In this document: one piece after another, positions 34,501 through 46,500 of the stretch
How the letters are laid out: each line of letters starts with the position of its first letter
Numbering within the stretch: the first letter of the stretch is position 1
DNA from: Fimbriosthenelais zetlandica
Lineage: Eukaryota
Assembly (NCBI GenBank): GCA_977030845.1
Contig: OZ365109.1
Location: 61,194,001 to 61,258,000, forward strand
Length of the DNA: 64,000 nt
Direction of reading: 5' to 3'
Translations under genes and position numbers: made by a program
The notes under the pieces: model-generated
What the model was told of the DNA's origin: nothing
The model's database searches: none
The model's input: only the letters and a program-made list of their open reading frames with translations

Positions 34501-37500
34501 TAAAATATGAGGTGGAAGAATAAAAATACTCCAAAATGATACAGCGAGTCTCTATCAAATATTGACAACTGACATGATGGATTCAGACCTAAGAAGACAG
34601 CCGAAAATAATTTCTAAAATGAATTTTAATGAGTTTTAAAATTCTTATTATTTTTTTTAGAAATGAGGAACGTGATCATAAAATGTGATTACCAATTATG
34701 ATGAGAGCTGTAGTAAGATGTGGATAATGCACTGGGTGCAATGTTCATGAACATATAGTCAATGGTTACGCCCCCCCCCCCAAATAATACGCCACCTATA
34801 TATCATTACCAGGGCTGTTAAAAGGAATCAATTAATAGTGAAAATTCTTCTCAAGCAAAAAATCACATACATTACACAATTATCAAAATCGATGAAATAG
34901 AATAAAACACCTTCAACTATTAGACTTCAGTTTCTCTTCGAAATGATGTCAAACAAATGACGGAATAATTAACCAGATACTCTCCCATTCACACACTGAA
35001 TAAAACCAATTTAATTCCAGATATTCATTGTGGAATTTGTATACAATTTGTTCTAATCAATGATGCGAATTAGGATTTTACACATATAATTACTTGGATT
35101 ATTTTTTTTTGATTCATGGGTAGTCTCAAATGAGACATCTTTGGATATTATTATTAAAGACTATTAAAAGCATTAAAAAGGACATCCAGGTAATTGAGGC
35201 AACCAGGTATCACGTATGCAGAATAGAGCGTTAAGGGTATGTTTCCAGGCTCCTCGATTAACCTCAACCGCACATCTTCACAAAACGGCTAGCGTTCTGT
35301 CCATAGGCAGCAGACTTGATTTCAGCTTACTAAAAATAGGTCATTATTTTGCTCATAAATACAATGAACTTGGGCTTGATGTTCAAATAAAATATCATGA
35401 CACGAGGCTTACGTCTGCGCCCACATTGAGTTTGCCAATACCCCGCACATCAAGAGCCCAAAATTCTCTTCTGTATACTGTAGTTCACAAATGGAACAAT
35501 TTGGCGCCTGATAGTAGATTGATAAACGACTCCAACATTTTCAAACAAAGGCTTAAATCGTATCTATCTGCTAGCGACTTTCCAGATTGAATAATATGCC
35601 ATTGCTGATCACATTACTGTTGTTGCTTTTCCGCGATTTTCAGTGAACGTGCTCACATTTATACATGTATGATTGCTGTTTTTCTCACTATACCTCTAAT
35701 GCCAAAGACATCACAAAACTGATTTAATTGCGCAATGTATATCCAGATTGCATCTCTCTTAAATAATAATAATACTCATAGTACATGTACACTAGATAAT
35801 ATTATGCAAATTCGCAATCATTTATTTGCGGTCATTTTTCAAATCTCCATTCTCTTTTTCTTTTGATACTGATAATGACAATGGACAAACGACAAGTGTG
35901 TGTTTTTAATTTTTAACCTAAGCGGTGAAACGTTTAATTTTTACTTTATTTTTTCTTCATTGATTTAATAATATATAGAATGTAATTTTTTCCTTCTCAA
36001 GGTACGACAGGTTTCTTTAGATAAGAATGTTTAAATGCAGGAAGCGCACAGAATACCGGACCCTTTCCCGACTGCGCTTGTTTACAACTGTATCATTATT
36101 ATACATGTTGTACCTCCTGGGTAAAATTAGATAAATAAAAAAAAAAAAAAAAAAAAAAAAAAAATGTCTCAGAAGTGAGTAACATCATGCTGAAGTAAGA
36201 AGTGAGTTTGCTCAGAAGAATGTATTGCCCTTGGGTACATGGTGGCACCAGGTAGCCTAATGGTTATAATAACGTTAGTACATGTACCAATCCAGCCAGA
36301 CCTGTTGGCTATAGGCCTCCACTTCACCTCAACCTTCATCGTCCCTCTGACATGCCGACTTTGGACATCAACAGACTTTCAAGGAGAAGGCCGACACCAG
36401 ACCGCCAGATCTAATTATCTTTATCGGGTTTCAAAGATCACAGGTATAGCTCCGTCTTTGAAGAGGACTGAAGGCTCCTCAATACATTTAGATTCTTTCT
36501 TTTATTATCAGGATTCCATTTGAATGCATTTGCATTTCACTACTGCTAACGTTGACGCTTGCAATTTTCAGTGTCAGTTCAAGAAAGCAAAGACTACACA
36601 GATATATAAATTAACCCTGATAACTCACTGAAAATGATGTCAAATCTTAATCATCAATTTCAGGCACCACTCGACTATTTTTCAGCCGAGAGAAATCCAA
36701 TAAAAATGCGTTGATTCCAGAATAACAAATCCATTGAGGCAGCCATGTTTTGTCCAAAATGTTGGATTAATTAACCAATTAGAATATAGTATCTATAATT
36801 CCTACTGGATACCACCTATAACCTCTCCTCCAGTCTCTCCAACCGTCGGGGTTGGAGAAGTATAGGCTCGCCACAGTCGTTATCTGGCCCTTGGAAAGCA
36901 ATCCTAAATGGTCATTCTGTCGGTCATAAAGGTGGTGATAGCATGTCAGTAGGGAGTAGCTCCTGTAACTAGAGCCTGTATGCAGCAGCTCATCATGTTG
37001 CTATGGGAACATAAGCATATCGTTTGGAGGTCTAACTGCCCAGTAAGAGAGATTTATCCTGCAGAAACAGTGTACTACCTCAGTCAGATCATTCACAACC
37101 AGGGCCTCTACAACCTGGATCTCGACCATTGTTGTGTACCAACAGCGGGTTTCTTACACGTCCTAATATAGCTGGAAAATATACTAGACGTAATTCAAAT
37201 AATTATATTCACCCTCAGCTTGATCCTGGAGTGTATTTCATCCTGAAAGGGATATGAAACACTAGGTAGGCCAGTAAAGTTATTTTCCTATAGGTAGTTC
37301 TGCCATTTCACTAGAAAATTATAGCCTTCTGGAGTCTCAGTCGAGAGAAATCCAATACAAAATGCGTTAATTCCAGAATAAGAAATTCATTGGGGCAGCC
37401 ATGTTCTGTCGCAAAAGTTGGATTAACCAATTAGAATATAGTACGTATCATTCCTACTAGATACCAGCTTTAACTGTACAGAATAGATCTAGCAATCAGA

Positions 37501-40500
37501 GATTGGTAATCTTTGATTGGTCAGAGTTGATTAGCAGCACAGATAACGTCATTTCCGGGTCCGACAACAAACATGGTGGAAATCAGATACTGATGACCTT
37601 TGCATTAGTTCAAATGCCAGGCTACAAATAAAGCCCCACCTTTAAATGTTTTCTGTATGATTAATAAATGATATGTGTTAAACTATACCTTAGCTTCAGA
37701 AAGAAGTAACTGTTGAGGAACTTAGACTACACAGATATTTTGGAAAGATATATATATATTTTTTAACACTTCAACAAAGATGCACACTGCAAGATCAAGT
37801 CTGAGGCTTCTTTTGCCTTTAAGAATTTACAAAACTTCAAGGTTTGATCAACACTGGAATTTCCTTGAAGGAAATTTCATAGAAGGCAGCCTTTTCATAA
37901 TACAACGTTATGTCTTTTCTTAGGAACTTGATGACACAAAAGATATTAACATTAAATTTATATTTTGCCTGTGGTTTGACTATAGCCGAGCCCATGCTGA
38001 TATGAATAGCTGCGTTGACCCTGAGCAGTGCTGTTAATATAATGGATGTAGAAGGTATAGGAGTGAGCTACCCACACTGTAATTACCGGGTTTGAGGTGA
38101 GAGAGTGCTTCACTGCATTATAGAGCAACTATTGTGTCATTTATCAGTCTTTGTGCAACGGAAAGGAGGCTTAGCCCACTGTTCAGTGCACTAACTGCAA
38201 ACTGAAAGGTTCATATTTGCATTGACATTGATCAGGTCAAGTTTATAAATAGTGACATAGGCCTACAGATCTGTGTAAAATTATTCTTAAAATTAATACA
38301 CTCAATACTAAGGTAATATAGGTTTTCCTCATGGCATTTCCCAAGTGTTATATTTATTCCTTTAGTGAAAGGATAGCAGTGCATATCTTGCGCATCCGAA
38401 CTGCCATTTCAAATAATATGGCACAGGCTAGGCAGAATTAAAGATCTAGAGAAAATATGGAGTGAAGCTGGCATTGGTCTCCTGTTTCACATGTTAGCTG
38501 AGGAGAGATATATATTTACGGTGGTTTGAAAGATCTTTCCGTCAGGTGGGCATGAATTACCATGGTGTAGGCTAATCTCACAACTGATCTGGTAACAAAT
38601 AATTAGGACATGAGAGATTCAGTAGTCAGCGCAAGATCGGGGTCTGCCTCAGACATTTTAGAAACATCAGATTCGCCTATTTAAATAAAACCCCTCATAT
38701 TTCGAGGCATGCATGGGACGGTGTGCACATGTTTGAAATCTTTTAAACACGAGGTAGACACCTAGTTGCATTTTCAACACATAGCCTACAAGATTGAATG
38801 TGAAATTTTGAAAATTATAGTCCCATTAGCTGATGACACTTTCTCTTCCTCTTGCCCAACTATAGGCCTAACTAACTACCCAGGCAATATTTCATATCTA
38901 ACACTTTATGAATAAAGGAGGATAAGTGCTGACAGGGCATTTCCTATCGTCTCTCTCAGGACATGAGGTTATCACGTGACCTTGAGATCAATACTAAAAC
39001 ATAAGGTCGTCCGCCATGTTAACTGATGGCGAGGTGTCTGACGTCATCAAGTGTACTACAATCCACGCAACAGCAGGTTCTCTTGTTAGGTCGACGTCAT
39101 ATCTCTTTTGGGGACGGGTACAGTAAAGTCTGTTAGTAGCCTATTTTACATAGCGTCCTTCCCTACTTTCATTTCTAGGTGACAGTTGATTCGAAAATAC
39201 TATGCAAGACATCCTTCAATTAATCAGGTATACTGCATGTAGGCCTACATAAAACACACTATCTATCATTTATGTTGTTATTTGCTTTTTAGAGTTTTAT
39301 AAATGTGATTTGATTCGATGTGACAAGATGCCTTTCCCTCCACAGCTTTTCAATCATGCCTTCATAGATGTAGGCCCCCAAAGGAAAATCCTTGTACATT
39401 AAGTTATTTAGAGTTCAATGTGAGTTCCTCTTTTATAATGTCACCTATACTGGAGTGAATGGATAAAAGGAGCGCCGATTCGGCTCTTCTATATTATGTC
39501 ACTTACAATGCCCTTAGCCGCTTGGGGAGTTTATATAATTATACACAGACACTATGTCCCTCGAGGCGACTGAAGGCTGTAACATTTGTGGTTTTTGTGA
39601 CAGTGAAATGTTTATACATTATATTGTGACTGACAATCCCCTGCCAATCCAATTGGGGAACACTGTGTTCCTTTGCTATCATTATTTTTCCTTCAGACAT
39701 TTCATGTTTTCAAGACGTGTTTCCCTTCTCACAGAGGACTGAAAAACTTCATATTTTCTCAGCTTATTTTTAGAATTGGCATTTGCGGGAAGGGGAGAAG
39801 AACGTGGGAGAAACGACAATAATGTGAAGAAACCATAACAATTACGGATTTTTAGAAATCAATATAACATATCAAATTCGTAATTCCGCAAACCTCACAA
39901 TCATGTATACTATGCGATGCCACCTCATCTGTGCACAGCCTGGAGACTATAAGCAGAATTTAAATTACAAAAGTAGGCTACATGCATGTGAAAAATTTCC
40001 AGTGTTATTCATTGTCACTGTTTTAGGCAAATATGTTAGACTTCATGGACCAGACATCTGGAAGAAAAACTTAAATCGAATTACTAACGTGTCATGAAAT
40101 GTGACCCACATAATTATTTGACTTGCGTTGCCACCAAGACATTCCTCGCCAAAACGAGATCCATCAATCGTTTTCTGTACCAATTCAACTACCACCCCAA
40201 GCGGCTGAATTTTCCCAAATGTTCCCCTTTTCCCTTCAGGATCCTTCAGGATAAGGAAGGGATTCAAGTGACAATGGGATAACACGAGGCGACATATCCA
40301 CATATCCGCGAGCGGGTGGCGAGCAGTTCTGGTAATCAGTCAGTTTTCTCGGGCCATCTTCTCTCATTGTTTCCCACATAAAGCAGAGGAAAGCCCGCAG
40401 GAGAGGCAACACAATGCTCCTCATTCTGCCACCCCTCCATCTTCAGGCTTTATATGGATGATATAATGATGATCATCCGCTGAAGGCTGAACCCCTTATA

Positions 40501-43500
40501 TCAACAAACAACTAAACCGACCCCCAGGCTCCAATCATCCACCATCAAGTAATATTTTCTTCAAAGGAAGGCTCTTTTATTGCATCTTCGCCGAAAGTTT
40601 AACACAAACCGGTACCAGTATAATTTCCTTTCAGAAGATTGAAATGAAAAATAAAAGAGCCATTCTCTGGCAATTCCGCTGCATTTTTGTTCTACCACTT
40701 AAAACCCCTGTTGTAGTTATTTTACCATCCTTAGAAGCTCACCTCAACCCAAAAAGGAGGACATTCATTGCAAAGAGAGGAGATGGGGAGGATAAACGTT
40801 ATCATTGATTTTTGCAGATCATTAGGCCTAGCTTTGCTGTTGATACATTAAAGGAGGTGATGGGCCAGAAAGGATGTCTTGGGGCTTTAGCCTACAATGG
40901 GGCTTTTCAATCATTTCACTGATTGGATCTTTATAATTATCAATTCATGAATTACACTATCATTATGAATTCCCACCGATAAGGGATACATACCCAGGCA
41001 TTTTGACAGGAACAGTCAGTTTTGGGTCCGTGAAATGCCTTACAAAAACTTGCCTGACTCTGACACCATCTTCTTGAAAAATCGTACCCTTCTCATAGTT
41101 TCTGCTTTGATTGACATAGTGGGCGTGGCTGAGCCCATCAGCCTAAAGAAGGACCGGGCCAATCAGTCCATTCTCCTCAACAATGGTGCCTCATCAGTCA
41201 CATGATCTGTTACCTAGCAACCAAGCAGGGCAGGCCTTCATGTCGTTCCTTGATGGCACTTTCCCTCCTCTGCCTCTGTCATGTCTCCTCGCCTCAACGT
41301 GCCACGTTTGAAAGCTGTTGCTAGGCAATAACGGCTGCTGAACCCTTTGGGAGGGAGTACAATAATGGAAGGCCAAATACAACATTGTATATTAGATTAT
41401 TGCTTGCATATTCTGATTCAGGGTAGAAATAATTATTTTCCCTCCTATGTCTACAGAATTTGGCTGAGTTGAGGGAACAAACTGAATGACTCTTGGCAAA
41501 TTATGAATGTGGTCTGTATCATTGTTAGTAAAAAAAAAATAGGAATGGAACATGAACAGGGAAAAAAATCCACAAATGATAGTCCCAGTTACTTGCAAAG
41601 TTAATAGATGAAAAGCAAAGATCCTTCAAGAAGAACCTACATCTTTTTATCATTCAACTACTAAGAAAGGTCACATCTTTCAATCCTCCCCCGACTGCCC
41701 CACGAGCTAGTAATGCAGTTTTCTTTGCCACAGAATTCTAGTGATCTTACACAATTTGTAGGAGAACAGAGTAAGAGGACATTGGCACAGTGGGAGGAAA
41801 TTAGAAGGTATGGGCTTATGTAGTAGGCGTAATAGGACGTAATTGGGTCGATGACTTTCACAAAGACTGGGAATGAAAGTTATGCAACTCAATACTGTTG
41901 TAAATAGTCATTTTCCACTGTGCACGGGCCTGCAGCTCAATGATGCAAGCTCGAATGCCCAGATGCTCAGTGGATAGAGGGTATAAAGTATCCAGTTCTA
42001 GAGCACTTTGTACTAGGCAAAATATAACAACTGAAGAACGAACACAGCATAGGAAATATGAATGAAATATTCTTTTTTTTGCTATGCTTGGCATTAAACA
42101 TTCCCAATGCCATGCAGACCCCAGAAAACAGACTACAGCAACAGCAAAAGATAAAACACATCATCTTGCCACCGATGGGTTGGGTAGATGAATGCTGGTG
42201 TAATTTGCAGTGGGATTGAGGGGAAGGCTGACCCTTGACGGGCATTGGACGTGCCTCTACCAACCTGATAAGATAGAGGATTTATCCTAGCTGACTTGAT
42301 AAGTGTAACAAAGTCTGGGTAATCGAGAGAATGACTCAAAGGAGATGATAAAAGATGAGAGGGGTGTCACCATGGACAAACAAGCCTCAGTTAGATGACT
42401 ATTGAGTGCCTGTCTGTTAAATGCCAGGTATTAGAGATTGAGTTATATTTTCGTAGGCATGCTTTAGTTCCCTTGCTATGCATTGTTGTGGGGTTGGCAA
42501 ATCCTAATCAAAGCAGCAGAGCTGAGGATCATAGCTCAATTCTCAGAGAAACAGATGTTTGAATAAGGACCTGGCTGAGAACCTGGCTCAAACTGACACA
42601 TGTGCGCAATTTTGTTTTGAATGACAGGCAGATGACAAGGAAGGAACTTTGTGCCCTGCCAAAGAGTGACGTTAATCTGGACAAGAATCCAAAATTGTGT
42701 GAGTCCTTGTAAGATTTGTAGCTGACAGTATGTCACTCATGGAAATTAAGAACAGGGCACACAGTATGTACCCTTGTGGGACACCAGTACTAATGTTCAT
42801 GGAATGTGATAAGGTATCATATTAAGCAAAATGCTTTTTGTGCATGGTGTAATAGATAACTTCAGAAACAATTTATGGAAGTGTTAGTAGATCTGGCAAT
42901 GTTAGTTTTTGCCAGTTGTATGTCATGGCGTTGAGTGTCAAACGCTTTTTTGAAATCTACAAATCGGATCATCTTGTTTTGCCCTTCTCAAACTTGTGAT
43001 TGAGTGGTTAGAGTGGGGATCCTGCAGAGGTTTCCCAATTTGAAATCCAGTTATTTGAAATTGTCATTTGCTGCAAAGTGCCAGTTTAGAGTGATTTTAC
43101 TTAATGATCTATAATATTTATTTATTTGTACTGTACATACATGTGGCATCAAGCCCGTCACTCAAATTGTCGGGCATAGCCGAGGTTTACAAAGTAATTA
43201 ATTAATGATGTATATTATTATTAAATACAATCTCACAATCCTTACATGCCATTGCATGAACACACACATTCATACTATTTAATCAATCAATACGCTAAAC
43301 CTTCATACATATAGGGGCCTAGACATTTGCCAAAATATTAAGTGTTTTATTCAGGTTGTAATAAGGTTTCTGTCAAAATTTCTCAGACCATTTTGTGAAA
43401 CGGACGGATTTCAAAGCCGATCAGTTGCTTGGGAGATAAAGAGAGACTTGTTCACAACCGTCACCTGAATGAGGGATTAGCTGGTAGGTAAAAAGACAGA

Positions 43501-46500
43501 GGCTAGGGGCATGAGGAGAAGCCTAGTGAAGCAGAAGATAGCAAGTGCTTTACCTGAAAGGCTAGAGGAATGGCGTGGCGAGAGGCACTCACAGGTGCTC
43601 AGGCTGCCTCAGCCCAGATCTGAGGCGCTCGCCATTGGATCACGCCAATCCACATGGTCTCCGGTAGATGAAGGTGATCAAGGTACCTCTTAGATCTCAC
43701 TAGATAATATGCTGGGATTTAGTCAATATCATTCAATATACACAGATTTATATTATACTAACCAATTAACGCTCTGGCAGCCATTCAAAAATAATATTAA
43801 TAAGAAATCTAAATAAGACTGGGGGTCCAATGCATATGAATAATAATATGAGAAACGCCACGATTTGGCAGCTGTTTTTAAAGCTGGAGAACATAACTCC
43901 ACGGAGAAAGAGGAGACACCTTTCAAATCCTACCCGTCAGACTGTCTGGATAGTCCTCTACGATCTCAAATAACAATATAGCAGATAAAAATGGGCAAAA
44001 ATCAGTGCAGGCCACTGTCTGTATATTCAAATATAGACACCTGCATAAATCGAATAAGGACAATGGACGTGTCTGGCCTCAATAAGGGACAATATGAGAA
44101 AATATCGTTTCCTTCTGACACACAGGTTTTAGTTTGCATGGAATTTTTTAAAGAAAAATCTCAAAACAAAATGGAAAGGTGGGTGAAGTGTTCACCAATG
44201 TTTTGTCAGTTATTAAAATGTGAGGTTTTCCATATAATGCGTCTTTGCTTAATGAGCGAGTCTTTACTAATAAGAAAAACGAGCTGAATATCTACCATAA
44301 ATAATTGTAGGTTACAGCAGGACTGAAATTTATTCTCATATTGATTGTTCCACGTAAAATATCTGGCACGAATAAAAAAGCCACGCCCAAAGGCAATACT
44401 CCTTTTAGGAGGTAGAACGTTAAAAGCTGGAGCAATTTAGTTTATCAAAGGCAAATCTTTTTTCGCAATAAGCAATTCAGAAGACTGTTCTTTCGCAGTG
44501 AATGTTCTCTTTCCCAGTCCGTTGCACACAGTAAAGTATGGAACTGTTAAAAATACATATATAACAGGCAATTTACCATGGCTCCATGATCCATATTATA
44601 GACACAGGCCTATACCAGTAAAGATGTATTTATATTTATATGTATATGTATGCTTCCAACTGACCAGCTCGTTTGCATAGGTCAGCAACACAGCAGCAAA
44701 GGGAATGGAAACTGATACCAAATGCCAGGAATGATCAGAGAGGCTCATACAATGTGATCCAGGGTCATGTATCACATCAGACATATAGCAGGAACAGTCA
44801 CACACCACTCAGTCCTAACTCTTCACGCACTTATAGCCATACGTTTACTTTATATAACTCATGCTGGTGTTATTGCCCATAATACCTAATGCATTGCCCT
44901 AGAACGATTCGCCCATGCACTACAAAATAACTGGAAATATTTTGACGTCACCTAGAAGTCTTGATGTATGTTCATTAGTAACATATAACTATTATGATGG
45001 CTAACATTTTAAACCCTGACAAACTTCGGAGATGGGGAATGAGTTGAGTGTGAGGGAACATGAGCCCGTGCGGAAAGGCCAAGGGTGTGATCAGTTTACA
45101 GTCCCCCTGGCAGTGCAGGGAAACGTCAGTTTCCATCCCAGAAAATACCAATACACTCATTTTCTTTTGGACATTTAAAGCAATAAATCAAAGAAGAAAG
45201 TTCTAAAGGCGCGATTAATGACATGCATGTGCTAAGTTTGCTGATGGTAATTAACTTGATAGGCCCTATATGAACATTAAAGATCAAGTAATGCATGTAA
45301 GACAGGTAATGTATCAGGTATACTACACAGATTGTATTAGATTGGCTGCGACAGGAAAGCAGATTACCCACCAGCCTATCTGCTTTCTTGCCTGAGCCAA
45401 TATACAAAATATATGACAGGTGGATGCCATTTTCTTATTATCACATACTTATAATATGTCACTGTTGCTTTAGGACGTATGGCAATATTTCATTATGGTA
45501 TTCATATGGTATTCCACAAGAGAGAGATTGGGTGTATAGGTAGGTCTACTTTTACATTTTCTCCAATCGTAAGCTGTCAATTGTAACTCAGTTGTATTTA
45601 TGTACTGGATGTCATGCCTTGTTAGGACTGTCACGTGGTAATTGCGATTTTTTACTTGCGACACGCCAATTTGCAAGTGCATGGTGTGGCAGATGCGGCC
45701 ATAGAAAAGTCAAACACGAGGGCTGACCGCAACAAAAATTGCAATAGTTGCAAGGCAAAAAACCAGTGGAGCTCCACAAGTATTGTAACTCCAATGCGAG
45801 TATCGCGATCATATTTGTTGCGAGTGTGTAAAAATGTACCAGAGATGTCATCATATACTCGACAAATGAGATTGTCTCATCTGAGACTGAAACTAAAAAT
45901 TAAAATGCATCTTATACAGAGAAGCTTCCAGTTGAGCTCAAGCAGTCTTATACTGAAAATTGAGATACAATTTGAGACAAGCATACACACGCCCAGATCT
46001 CTATCCCATATTCCAGTATTTCAATTATCTTTACTATTGGCAGGTTCTGTGGTTGAAGGGATGGATCTAGTGTGGCTTTGTAAATCGCTCATGGCCTCCA
46101 GCCATCTCTTGTTATATATGTACCTCGTCTATCCCCACCGTCAAATGGACCAATCCTTCATTTTGCCTGAGCCGGCTGAATCCCGAAGATGCCTTTGATG
46201 TTGTATCCAGCTAGGCTGTGGCTACTAGATTGCTGTGATGCAGCGTTAGTTGAGGTCAAATGATAGCCGGACTGAGCAGCTCGTGGTTCAAATGATGGCC
46301 CAACTGAGCTGCTTGTTTTCAGGCCAGGGAATAGATTACTGTGTTTCCAGTCAGATCTCAAATGTAGATCTACATATATACACAGGTGGCCCACCCACCC
46401 CAGAAAGTCAGAGAAGTCGTTGAAAATGGTTTGCCTTTTCCAGTCAGGGAAAATAATTCAGGCAATTGGGCAGAAATGAAGGAATTTGATCGGCCATACG

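Noticed and set aside
41967-42263. ORF with CFIFCCCC (CD225-like)
   Set aside because: The Cys run comes from a short CAG/CAA repeat and the rest of the CD225 pattern is missing.
45635-46340. 187-aa ORF and an off-frame ISCYICTS Ly6-like motif
   Set aside because: The ORF runs across repeat-like sequence with no coherent composition; the Ly6-like frame has stops and no compatible splice phase.
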